Shown piece by piece: positions 39,506 to 48,470 of a stretch of DNA of 64,000 bases. Under the pieces are notes generated by a model, which was not told where the DNA came from, made no database searches, and saw only the letters and a program-made list of their open reading frames with translations. The stretch's first letter is position 1. Each line of letters opens with the position of its first letter. Origin of the DNA: an uncultured Chloroflexia bacterium (GTDB lineage: Bacteria; Chloroflexota; Limnocylindria; Limnocylindrales; CSP1-4); NCBI GenBank assembly GCA_963789905.1, contig CAWBMK010000005.1:14387-78386 (forward strand). Direction: 5' to 3'. Position numbers and translations under genes: made by a program.

Positions 39506-40711
39506 GTGCGTCGTGCGCGCCCCTTGTCCGCGGTGAACACTCGCGCCCGATTGGGGGCGGGCATCGTCGGGTGGCTGACCCTCCTCGCCATCGGCTGGAC
39601 AGGACTGCTCATCCCGTCGCTCGTCCGCTCGATCGAGGGGACCTTTGGGCAGACCGACGCGGGAATCGGAACCGTCTACCTGGCCTACGCCCTCGCCTAC
39701 GTCGCTGGTTCGTTCGGCGGCGGTTCCCTGGTCGAGCACCTCGGTCGTCGCACGGTCCTGGGCGGCGCGGTGGTCGTCCACGCGCTCGGCGTCGCCGGCC
39801 TCGGCCTGGCCCCCTCGTGGATGCTTTTCGTGGTGGCGGCGTTGACGGCGGGCGTCGGGGCTGGCTGCCTGGACGGCGGAGCAAATGGCCTCGTCCTCGA
39901 CGTCTACCGCGAGCGCCGCGGTCGGGCCATGAACCTGCTGCACGTGGCGTTCGGCGTCGGAGCCCTCGCCGCCCCCGTCGTCGTGGGCACCCTGGTGGAG
40001 GCCGGCGTCCCGTGGCAGGCCATCGCCGTGGGGACGGGTGTGGTCGTCTCGCTGCTGGCCATCGCTTATGCCGTTGTGCCGATGCCCAGCGGTCGGCAGA
40101 CGGCCGCAGCTGAAGGCACACCCGGGTCTGCGACCTCGGGCGGACGGGGTGGCCGCGGGGTGCTCGCTGGCCCTCTGCTGCTCCTCGGCATCGCGATCGC
40201 AACATACGTGGCATCGGAGGTCGGCGTCTCGAGCTGGCTCGTACGGTTCCTGGAACCGGCGCCGCTGACGACTGCGACCCTTGCCCTCTCGCTCTACTGG
40301 GCGGGGCTGACCGTCGGACGCCTCGTCTCGTCTGCCATCGCGGACCGATTCGACCACCGGCGGTTCACTATCGCCTGCGTGACGAGCTTGGCCGTGCTCA
40401 TCGCCGTCGCGGTGCTCGTCCCGAGCCTGCCGCTGTCGATTGTCGCCTTTGCGGTTGCCGGCGTCGCGTCAGGCCCGGTCTTCCCGATGATCCTTGCCAT
40501 CGGCGGCGACCACCACCCGGATCGATCGGCGGCCGTCGGCGGGTCTCTGGCCGGCATGGCGATCATCGGCTCGACGGTCTATCCGCCGTTGATGGGCTTC
40601 TTGTCCGTCACGGTCGGGCTGACGTTCGCCATGCTTGGCACCGTCGTGCTTGCGATCGCCAGCGCGGTCGCGCTCGTGGCCTTCGGCCGGGAGACGCGAC
40701 ACCGCGGCTGA
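39506..40711 (+). CDS. MFS transporter
   Basis: 401 aa, 12 predicted TM helices, MFS loop 2-3 pattern GGSLVEHLGRRTVLGG. Confidence 0.8.
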   Translation: MRRARPLSAVNTRARLGAGIVGWLTLLAIGWTGLLIPSLVRSIEGTFGQTDAGIGTVYLAYALAYVAGSFGGGSLVEHLGRRTVLGGAVVVHALGVAGLGLAPSWMLFVVAALTAGVGAGCLDGGANGLVLDVYRERRGRAMNLLHVAFGVGALAAPVVVGTLVEAGVPWQAIAVGTGVVVSLLAIAYAVVPMPSGRQTAAAEGTPGSATSGGRGGRGVLAGPLLLLGIAIATYVASEVGVSSWLVRFLEPAPLTTATLALSLYWAGLTVGRLVSSAIADRFDHRRFTIACVTSLAVLIAVAVLVPSLPLSIVAFAVAGVASGPVFPMILAIGGDHHPDRSAAVGGSLAGMAIIGSTVYPPLMGFLSVTVGLTFAMLGTVVLAIASAVALVAFGRETRHRG

Positions 40712-40962
40712 TCGATCCGGGCCAACCATGGACGGGAACCAGCCAAGACGACGGCCATTGGCACTGATCTGCCCGCGACGACGTCCGATCCCTTCACCGA
40801 GATAGTGCGTTGGCGATCCCGAGCTAGTCCCGGCCAGCCCGAGCGGAGGCGCCCGGGGGATTACCCGAATCCTTACCCCTGCGGGTGGTTTATGGGGGTA
40901 ATCGTGGACAATGGCGGACACCCTGCACGCTCGAAACGTGCAACCATGCGTGCTCGAGAAGG

Positions 40963-41008
40963 ACTCTTGATCACTAGGTTCAGGGTTCGAATCCCTGCGG
41001 GCTCACCA
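40963..41008 (+). repeat. orphan 3' half of a Lys-type tRNA (anticodon loop through CCA), no 5' half
   Basis: ACTCTTGATCACT-AGGT-TCAGGGTTCGAATCCCTG-CGGGCTC-A-CCA matches positions 32-76 of the tRNA-Lys at 39225, with compensatory T-stem changes (CTCGG/CCGAG to CAGGG/CCCTG); upstream sequence cannot form the D and acceptor arms. Confidence 0.5.
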
Positions 41009-41031
41009 CGAAGCCGGGTACAACATTCGGG

Positions 41032-41331
41032 ATGGCTGGCGTGATCGCCACGACGCTCAAGCAACCGAGCGCATTCATTCCGCTGGTGATGTCGCTCGCC
41101 GCCTTGGCTGTGCTTGTCGGTCACATCGTCTTTGTCGGCGTCGCCCGAGAGGCCGATGAAGGGACCGCCGCCCATCTCTGGCAGCTCCTCATGGCCGGAC
41201 AAATTCCGGTCATCGCATACTTCGCGATCACATGGCTGCCGCGCCGTCCGCGCGAAGTGCTGTTGGTCCTCGCGCTCCAGGTGGCTGCCTGGGTCGCTGC
41301 GGCTGCCCCGGTCTACCTCCTCGAGCTCTAG
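41032..41331 (+). CDS. small membrane protein (2-3 TM), hypothetical
   Basis: 99 aa, strongly hydrophobic, GC3-rich; followed by the hairpin GCGTC-gcgga-GACGC. Confidence 0.4.
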   Translation: MAGVIATTLKQPSAFIPLVMSLAALAVLVGHIVFVGVAREADEGTAAHLWQLLMAGQIPVIAYFAITWLPRRPREVLLVLALQVAAWVAAAAPVYLLEL

Positions 41332-42241
41332 CGTCGCGGAGACGCGTCCGGCGCAGGGCCGCAGCGTCTTTGGGAGGCCCACTGCAGAGACACCGCCGCG
41401 GCCAGCGCACGGGAGCCGATACGGCCCCTGAAACGACGAGAGGACCCGGCACCGCCGAGTCCTCTACAAACCCATTCGCGTCCCGGTCATGAGCCAATTT
41501 CGCGAACAGATCTGATGCGCCGCGATAGGCGTTTGACCCTGAACTGCGTTACCCGGCTTTGTCAGCTCCGGACCACGCCGTGGAGGACGACCTATCTGCA
41601 GTTAGCAGCCCTCGTGAAAGGACCGCCCGGCGGCTCGCTACACCGCCAGAACAGGAGCCGTAGGCCGACTCGGTCGGGTATCGACCCCTCTCGGGGCTGC
41701 CGGTCCCGACCGTTGCCGAGAACTCGTCCGGAACGCTAAGCCCAGGTATCGTCCCTCGAGGTTCGAGCGCCGCCCTCCGGCTTTGCCCTCTCCTCCCAGG
41801 CTTGAGCCCAGCGAGCCGGATCCATCCCCGAAACGGGTTGACAGATCCCGGTTCCTACTCCACCTGCACCCGACAAGGGTTCAGCCTCAGGGCAGTCCCA
41901 TCAGCATCGCCCCCATTCGTCCACCCCGCCCGTGGCGACACAGGTTGGGTGGGCGGCGGCAAATCTAGCACGTCGATCGCCTGTCGAAAAGCCGAAAGTA
42001 CTATCCCGCCGACATTACTTGTTGACAGATGTCACCATCGAGATCGACTCCTCCGCATTAGCCATATCCGCCACGGGCCTCCGCGCACTGGAATCTGCGC
42101 GATCCACTATCGCGAAGACGACGTATTCAAGGTGGACCCCTGGACGCAGTCCGACGTCCCAAGCTCGAGCTTCGGGAGCCTGGGCCACCCGGTCTGGCGG
42201 GCAACCGGGGGTCCACCCAGCGGCCCGTACACTCGTTCCGT

Positions 42242-42628
42242 ATGGGAAGCGACAATCGCTCGGCGGTGTCCCTGAAGCGGATGCACGTGGTCGCCGCCGC
42301 TTTGCTCGCCCTGTCCGGCGCGCAGGCGATCGTCTACGCAGGCCTCCTCCCCCTGGCGCCCTTCAGCGACGTGCCCGTCCCGATCGTCTGGCAGCTGTTC
42401 GGGATCGCCAGCCTGCTGGCGGCCGTAGGTGTCTACCTCGGCCGGACGTGGGGTCGCTGGCTGGGCGTGGTCGTAGTCGTGATCACGCTTGCGCTGGATG
42501 GACTGCCGACCGCTGCCGACGTGACTGCCTCGGGCTCGGCGATCCCGCTTCTTGTCTTGGCGGTCGGCGTCGCAATTCAGGTCGTCATCCTGTGGGTGCT
42601 ACTTCGTCGCTGGGCCATCGAGCAGTAG
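42242..42628 (+). CDS. small membrane protein (4 TM), hypothetical
   Basis: 128 aa with four hydrophobic helices, GC3-rich. Confidence 0.45.
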   Translation: MGSDNRSAVSLKRMHVVAAALLALSGAQAIVYAGLLPLAPFSDVPVPIVWQLFGIASLLAAVGVYLGRTWGRWLGVVVVVITLALDGLPTAADVTASGSAIPLLVLAVGVAIQVVILWVLLRRWAIEQ

Positions 42629-42645
42629 CGAGTCGCCGGTCGACG

Positions 42646-43005
42646 CTATGCCGAATTGGTCATCTCCGGCTCTGCGGTCTCGTCGACGATCGGCCACCAG
42701 CCGTGGCACAACACGACCTGATCGAGGTCGAGCTGCTCGCTGAGGAACACGCGGACACCATCCAGCCAGAAGGTTTCCTCGGGGCTGTCCTTGGGGTGTT
42801 TGAACAGCTCGGGGCGGCTGTCGAGGAGGAAGCGAGCCGTCTCGGGTCGCATGGCGAGCGCGACGTTGCTCTTGTCCCAGCGTTCGGCGTCGGCGAGCCT
42901 GGCCCGGTTGAGGAGGCCGCGGGCCCGTCCCAGCAACCCATCACGGCGGTCGGCCGCCGCATCACGCTGGCGGCGCGTCTCGGCTCGCTGATCCTCGGGC
43001 TTCAT
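42646..43005 (-). CDS. hypothetical protein
   Basis: 119 aa, soluble, codon usage consistent with the host; no recognisable motif. Confidence 0.4.
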   Translation of the reverse strand: MKPEDQRAETRRQRDAAADRRDGLLGRARGLLNRARLADAERWDKSNVALAMRPETARFLLDSRPELFKHPKDSPEETFWLDGVRVFLSEQLDLDQVVLCHGWWPIVDETAEPEMTNSA

Positions 43006-43102
43006 CTACGCCAGCATACGGCAGCGCGATCCGGGTCTCGACAGAGACCCCCTCAACCGGTCTCGACAGCGATCGCCTAAACCGGTCTCGACGGCGGTCC
43101 CT

Positions 43103-43864
43103 TCAATCTGGTGCGGCGCAGATCCCTGGAGGGTCGCGGTCGGTGCTCTCGCCTTGGGCGACACGCCAGGCCCACGCGTAGAGAGCGGCAATATCGGCGT
43201 TCTTCCCAAGAATTCCGATGTAGATGTCGCCGTAGCACGTCAGGCGGATGTTTGCCGTCCCGTTCTCATCGAGAAAGCAACCGGAGCGCATGGGTCGATA
43301 GCCTGGACTGCCGTCGTCTTGCTCATCGGGCTGATAGTCGGGCCACGAGCTGTCGCCGGGTTTGCCGGCCTGGCAATCGCCTGTCCGCGGTTTGACCCGG
43401 TACTCGGCCAGCTTGTCCAGGTACGTCTGAATCGCGGGATCGAGTCCTTCTGCGCCCGCGGTTGGACCAAAGCCGTAGACGCCGACGCGGTCGACAAGGG
43501 CGGTGTCCACGTGACACTCGACCGCTGCCGTACTAAGAGTGGGCAAGTTGGTTCGTCGAGGCGCGCAGCCGATATGGGCGTCTGCGCGAAGGGCATCGAG
43601 CAGCCTTCGTTCGGCAGCGGTGTACGTGGGACTTGCCACCGGGGACGGGCTGGCAGCCGGAACGGAGGCGGTCGACGAAGGCGAGGCGATCGGGCCGGCC
43701 GACGCCTGATCTGGGCTCGCCGATGCGCTCGGGGTCTCGACCACGATGGGGCTCTCGGTTGGACCCGTCGTGGCTTCTGGGCTGGCGGACGACGAACAAG
43801 CAAGGATGCTGATCGACGATGCGATGAGTACCAGTCGCAATGACCGAGGGAGCGGTCTGAACAT
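43103..43864 (-). CDS. lipoprotein with Ser/Pro/Ala-rich linker and Cys-containing C-terminal domain
   Basis: Signal peptide with lipobox SISILAC-S; low-complexity PSASASP linker; the C-terminal 140 aa carry several Cys. Confidence 0.6.
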   Translation of the reverse strand: MFRPLPRSLRLVLIASSISILACSSSASPEATTGPTESPIVVETPSASASPDQASAGPIASPSSTASVPAASPSPVASPTYTAAERRLLDALRADAHIGCAPRRTNLPTLSTAAVECHVDTALVDRVGVYGFGPTAGAEGLDPAIQTYLDKLAEYRVKPRTGDCQAGKPGDSSWPDYQPDEQDDGSPGYRPMRSGCFLDENGTANIRLTCYGDIYIGILGKNADIAALYAWAWRVAQGESTDRDPPGICAAPD

Positions 43865-43956
43865 GCAACCTCCTGGCGATCATTTTGACGAGTGGTTCGC
43901 CCACCTGCCATGACTGACGAGATCACTTCGTAACACACCCAACCCGAGGACGTCCT

Positions 43957-44531
43957 TTGAGCATGCAGATCGCGACTGCCTCTCGACTGCGGGTTGTAGT
44001 CGTCGGCCTGGCCCTCCTCATCGCTACCGTGGCCGGGTGCACCGGCTACGCGACGCCAGGCGCTGGCCGTCCCGAATTCCCACTGGTCGCCTGTCCGTTC
44101 GAGGGTCCGGCGGCGCGCCGGCACCGCCCGGCCACACGCTGGTGGCTCCGGGCACGATCGCGTTCGGGTCGAACATGGGGCTCCGCAATGTCAGCGGGAG
44201 TGACGAGACCTGCGGAGCGCAGGCCGTCCGCGATGCCGAGACCACGATCTCGTTCTCATCGCTTGGTGGCGAAGACAGGATCTTCTGGGTCGCCACCCTT
44301 GCCCGCCCGGGCAATCTCACGACACCCGATCCGATCCTGCCGACGATGACCCTCCTGCGTCTCGATCCGGAAGGGCCTGTAGTGGTCGACACGGCGACCC
44401 AGGAACCCGCCACCGAGTACTCGATGCGTGGCCAGTACGGCCATGACGCGCGGCCGGGCGCTTACCTGATGCGCATCGTCTCTGCCTCGGGAGATCTCCT
44501 GGCCGAAGGCCGGTTCGAGATCGTCGAGTGA
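43957..44531 (+). CDS. lipoprotein, apparently frame-shifted after the signal peptide
   Basis: Frame 1 N-terminus MSMQIATASRLRVVVVGLALLIATVAGCTG (lipobox) and frame 3 C-terminus (track ORF 44037..44531); switch within the GC tract 44105-44120. Confidence 0.45.
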
Positions 44532-45694
44532 CGGTCGCCTCGACGAGTCGCCCGCAGTCCGTCTTCCTGGCCGTCATCGATGCCGCGCCAGCAGCCGCGA
44601 TCGTCCAGTGGGGCATCCTCATCCTCGCCTTCTTCACGTCAGTCGAGCCGTACGCCGTGGGGACTTGGGGGATCGGCGCGCTGGTGGGGCTGGTTGCACT
44701 GGGCATGCTCGCCGGGTTGGCCGGCGGTGGCGCGTTCGGGGCGTCGGGCGCCATCGTGGGATTCGCAGCCGCGGTCGCGATCCAGCTGTTTGTTCTCGTA
44801 GGCCAGGCTGTCGGGAACATCGGTGTCGTTGCAGGCCTGGGCGAGCCGCCCTGGTCGGAACGGGTGGCGGCGGCGCTTGCGATCGGGTTGGCGGCGGTGA
44901 TCGGCGGCTACCTGCTCGTGACCGTCGGTCGCGCCGTGAGCGGCCGCAGACGCGGAGAGCTGGTTCCCGGGCCGGGCTGGTCGCGGCGCGTTGTCCTCGT
45001 GGCGGGCGTGCTGGTCGCGACGGGACTCGTCACAGCGCTTCTGCTTGCGAGTGCCGCCAAGTCTGCCTACGTGATGCCCAGCGACCAGCCGAGCGTCGGT
45101 CTCGAGGTGGATGGCGACCAGATCACCAGCGGCGTTCCCGTGGGTCTGCTCGCCGGGCGCACGGGAATCGACGTGCGCAGGATCCGCGATGGACTCGGAG
45201 ACATTGCGATCACGTCCAGGCTGACGCCGGCCGAGAGCGTCGCCCTCGAGTCGGGCCGGGTCCCGTACGAGAAGATCAACGAAACGTTCATCGGCGGATC
45301 GACTGGAACTCGCGAGGAGCGGCGCCACGTCCAGTTCGAGGGGCCCGGCATCTACGCATTCGTGATCTGGGACGGGCTTCACGAGCCGGATGCAGCTGGA
45401 TCCAGCCCCGTTCATGACGCACAGGTATTCGAGGTTGTCGCTGGGCCATCCGGGGCGTCGGGCGTGCCGATCGATGGCGGAGCCTTGGTCACCTTGGGGG
45501 CTCTGCTCGGTGTCCTGCTGGGCGGTCTTTCGGCCGCGGGAATCGCTCTCGTCGTGCGGCGCCGACGTTGGATCGATGGTGGTGGACCCCGGACCAGGCA
45601 CCTGGGAGTCGCCGCGGCCGCTGGGACCGTCGCCGCGCTGCTGCTTGGCGGATACGCTCTGATAGCCATCGACCTGGCTCGAAACCCGTTCTAG
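44528..45694 (+). CDS. membrane protein, hypothetical
   Basis: 388 aa; N-terminal four or five TM helices, a soluble middle domain, C-terminal two TM; start overlaps the upstream stop. Confidence 0.55.
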   Translation: MTVASTSRPQSVFLAVIDAAPAAAIVQWGILILAFFTSVEPYAVGTWGIGALVGLVALGMLAGLAGGGAFGASGAIVGFAAAVAIQLFVLVGQAVGNIGVVAGLGEPPWSERVAAALAIGLAAVIGGYLLVTVGRAVSGRRRGELVPGPGWSRRVVLVAGVLVATGLVTALLLASAAKSAYVMPSDQPSVGLEVDGDQITSGVPVGLLAGRTGIDVRRIRDGLGDIAITSRLTPAESVALESGRVPYEKINETFIGGSTGTREERRHVQFEGPGIYAFVIWDGLHEPDAAGSSPVHDAQVFEVVAGPSGASGVPIDGGALVTLGALLGVLLGGLSAAGIALVVRRRRWIDGGGPRTRHLGVAAAAGTVAALLLGGYALIAIDLARNPF

Positions 45695-45808
45695 GCGCGA
45701 ATCCGGCCTGACGTTTCCTGCAACGGTCGACTGCGGCGATCGCCGCGGCCCGACGGCCACCGCGAGTGGGGCGGTACGATCGACGCCTACATCCACGAGG
45801 AGGTTGTC

Positions 45809-46129
45809 ATGGCGAAGTATCTGATCTCGGCGTCGTATTCGACCGAGGGTGTCCGTGGTGTGATGAAGGAGGGTGGCACGGCCCGGCGGGACGCGATCGC
45901 GAAGGGGATCGAGGCCTTGGGTGGACGGCTGGAGGCGTTCTACTTCGCATTCGGGAAGGAGGACGTCATTCTGATTATCGAGGCGCCCGACAACACGACG
46001 GTGGCCGCACTCAGCTTGACCGTCTCAGCGAGTGGCGCAGTCGGCTCGCGGACGACTGTCCTGTTGACACCTGCAGAGATCGATGCGGCGACAAAGATGA
46101 CGGTCAGCTACCGGCCACCCGGTGCGTGA
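45809..46129 (+). CDS. GYD domain protein
   Basis: MAKYLISASYSTEGVRGVMKEGGTARRDAIAKGIEALGGRLEAFYFAFGKEDVILIIEAPDN, including the eponymous G-x-x-D-(x)n segment; Shine-Dalgarno GGAGG upstream. Confidence 0.7.
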   Translation: MAKYLISASYSTEGVRGVMKEGGTARRDAIAKGIEALGGRLEAFYFAFGKEDVILIIEAPDNTTVAALSLTVSASGAVGSRTTVLLTPAEIDAATKMTVSYRPPGA

Positions 46130-46200
46130 ACCCATCCGCGCGCGACGCGGCTCGTAACAACCGAGGTCTTCAGGCGTGATCTCTCCAGGATGACGACCTG

Positions 46201-46797
46201 ATGGACCTCTACAGCACCAAGTCGTCGATCGTCGGGCGGCTCACACCGCTCCTCGCCTGGTTGGAACGCAGGCAGGTGAGCCCGGACGCCGTCACGTTGG
46301 CCGCGGTGCCGGTCGCGATCGCAGGTGGTGCCTGCCTGCTCATGTCACCGGCGGCTCCGCCGATTCTGATCCTCGTGCCGATCGCATGCGCAAGTCGGCT
46401 CGTGCTCAACCTTCTCGACGGCGCTCTCGCCCGACGAACAGGTCGGATGCACGCCCGTGGCGAGCTGTTCAACGAGCTTGCCGACCGGGTTGCGGACGTC
46501 GCACTCCTGGTCCCGGTCGCATTCCTGCCCGGGGCGCAGCGGGAGACGGTCCTGCTGGGTGTGCTCGGATCGGTGTTCGCCAGCTTCGCCGGCCTTGCCC
46601 CACGGGCGGCCGGAGGGGAACGTATATACCGCGGGATCCTCTCGAAGCCCGGCCGCATGGTGCTCTTGTCGACGTTCGCGATCATCGTCCTCATCGCCGG
46701 TCCACAGGCATGGTGGCCGTTCGGGCCCATTCTCCTGGTCGGCACGATCCTCACGGCCGCCGAACGCATCGTCATCGGCGTGCGGCGGCTGCCTTGA
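46201..46797 (+). CDS. CDP-alcohol phosphatidyltransferase family protein (PgsA/PIP-synthase-like)
   Basis: Motif D-G-x2-A-R...G-x3-...D-x3-D in [31 protein letters not shown]; six TM helices. Confidence 0.8.
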   Translation: MDLYSTKSSIVGRLTPLLAWLERRQVSPDAVTLAAVPVAIAGGACLLMSPAAPPILILVPIACASRLVLNLLDGALARRTGRMHARGELFNELADRVADVALLVPVAFLPGAQRETVLLGVLGSVFASFAGLAPRAAGGERIYRGILSKPGRMVLLSTFAIIVLIAGPQAWWPFGPILLVGTILTAAERIVIGVRRLP

Positions 46798-47717
46798 ACC
46801 CAGTCAACTACTGCGCAGCGGTGCTGATCGGGGCAGCGGCCGTCGGCCTTGCTGCAGCGGGGCTGTTCGCCGGCTATCGACGTCTTCGCCCCGGAGCGGG
46901 GGTAGCGCCACAGACGGCGCTCCAGCGTGCCGCTAGCTATGCGGCGCTCGCCTTCGTCCTGGCGATCGCCGCGCTGGCGGGAACTCCCGGGGTGGCCCTC
47001 CTGTGCGCCGTCCTGGCGGGCGTCGGGCTGATCGAATGGGGTCGACTGACCGACCTCCCGGCGCAGCATCGCATCGCGCTCCAGGTGGCGAACGTGGCGA
47101 TCGTGGCCGCAGTGGCCGTCCGCGGTCCCGAAGCGGCTGAGGCGCTCATCGGTGGACTGGTTCTCATCGGCATCGCATGGCCCGTCGTCCGTGCCGACAC
47201 CGGCCGCGCCATCCGTGACCTTGGCATCGCTGCCGTCGGCTGCATCGTCCTGTCGGTGCTCCTTGTCCATGGCGTCGCGCTCTCTTATCGATACGGTGAG
47301 CTCGGGACATCGCTGTTCGTGGCCCTTGCCGTGGCGTGCGCGGTCTCGGACGTCGCGGCCTTCCTCATCGGCCGCAGCCTTGGTAGGACTCCCCTTGCGC
47401 CAACGCTGTCCCCGAACAAGACCCGAGCCGGCGCGGTCGGCAACGTCGTCGGGGCGGCCATCGGTCTTGCGGTGTTCGCCCCGATCCTCCTGCCGTGGCT
47501 CGGTCCGGCGATGCTGCTGGTCTTCATCCCCCTCGTCGCGTTCGGGGCCATCTGGGGCGACCTGCTCGAGTCGGCGGTCAAGCGGGAATTCGGGGTCAAG
47601 GACGCCGGATCCTGGCTGCCCGGCTTCGGCGGGATCCTCGATCGGATCGACTCGCTGCTCGTCGTCCTGCCGTTGGCCTACTGGTCTCTCAGGCTCGTCG
47701 AGGTCAATCAGCCATGA
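46794..47717 (+). CDS. cdsA: phosphatidate cytidylyltransferase
   Basis: C-terminal signature [15 protein letters not shown] ... [26 protein letters not shown] (here [24 protein letters not shown]); TTG start overlaps the upstream stop (TTGA); the track ORF 46386.. is over-extended. Confidence 0.8.
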   Translation: MNPVNYCAAVLIGAAAVGLAAAGLFAGYRRLRPGAGVAPQTALQRAASYAALAFVLAIAALAGTPGVALLCAVLAGVGLIEWGRLTDLPAQHRIALQVANVAIVAAVAVRGPEAAEALIGGLVLIGIAWPVVRADTGRAIRDLGIAAVGCIVLSVLLVHGVALSYRYGELGTSLFVALAVACAVSDVAAFLIGRSLGRTPLAPTLSPNKTRAGAVGNVVGAAIGLAVFAPILLPWLGPAMLLVFIPLVAFGAIWGDLLESAVKREFGVKDAGSWLPGFGGILDRIDSLLVVLPLAYWSLRLVEVNQP

Positions 47718-48346
47718 GCGAGTGGCAGTTCTCAACGCCGGCCGTTGTGGCCCGCGAAACGACGGCATGGCTCTTCGGACCGATCCTGGGCTGGCTGGTC
47801 CATGGTCCGTCGGTGTCGGGCTCCGAGCACCTAGGCGAAGTCGAACCTCCCTTCCTCGTCTGTCCGAACCACACCAGCCATTTCGATTTCTCCACGATGC
47901 GGCTGGCTCTCGGACGACGCCACCGCCGCCGGCTTGTCGCAACGGCGGCCGCCGATTACTGGCAGACGCGACGGTTGCGATCCTTCCTCTCGTCATGGGT
48001 CGGGGCAATGGCGTTCCAACGGCACGCGGCGGGAACGGAGTCGATCAAGACGATCGAGCGGCTCCTTGGGTCGGGCTGGAATGTCCTGCTCTTCCCCGAA
48101 GGAACGCGAAGCCGCACGGGAGAGATCGCCGCATTCAAGCCAGGCATCGGACTCGTGGCCGCCAGAACCGGGCGGCCGGTCCTGCCTGTCCACATCGTGG
48201 GCCTCCACGGCGTGCTGCCGCCCGGTGCCCGACGACCACGGCGCCGCCATGTCGAGGTGCGGTTCGGACCACCGTTGATGATCGGGGCGGGTGAGGATCC
48301 GCGCGCATTCGCCGCCCGGCTCGAGGGGGTCGTGCGCGAGCTGTGA
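47714..48346 (+). CDS. 1-acyl-sn-glycerol-3-phosphate / lysophospholipid acyltransferase (PlsC family)
   Basis: HX4D motif NHTSHFD and FPEGTRS block; ATG overlaps the cdsA stop (ATGA). Confidence 0.8.
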   Translation: MSEWQFSTPAVVARETTAWLFGPILGWLVHGPSVSGSEHLGEVEPPFLVCPNHTSHFDFSTMRLALGRRHRRRLVATAAADYWQTRRLRSFLSSWVGAMAFQRHAAGTESIKTIERLLGSGWNVLLFPEGTRSRTGEIAAFKPGIGLVAARTGRPVLPVHIVGLHGVLPPGARRPRRRHVEVRFGPPLMIGAGEDPRAFAARLEGVVREL

Positions 48347-48470
48347 AAGGATGGCGCTGACATTCGGTTGATGGGCGACCGGCTCGAGTTCGAGGTCTTC
48401 CGCCGCGGATACGGGCCGCTCCTGTTCCAGCTGATCCGGCGCCGCGGCCGCCTCGGACCGCCTCCGGCGA

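Noticed and set aside
40963-41008. tRNA 3' half interpreted as tmRNA 3' end, or as a simple attR copy of tRNA-Lys
   Set aside because: A tmRNA would need about 350 nt upstream, which is occupied by the MFS gene, and no tag-peptide frame is present. An exact attR duplication would be identical to the tRNA-Lys 3' end. Instead it carries compensatory T-stem substitutions, so it derives from a different Lys-type tRNA copy.
41802-43080. Plus-strand ORFs 41802-42275 (157 aa) and 41932-43080 (382 aa)
   Set aside because: Translations are non-protein-like (Arg/Pro/Gly/Ser-rich, no hydrophobic core). They overlap the better-supported small membrane-protein gene 42242-42628 and the minus-strand gene 42646-43005, in a region with lost GC3 bias.
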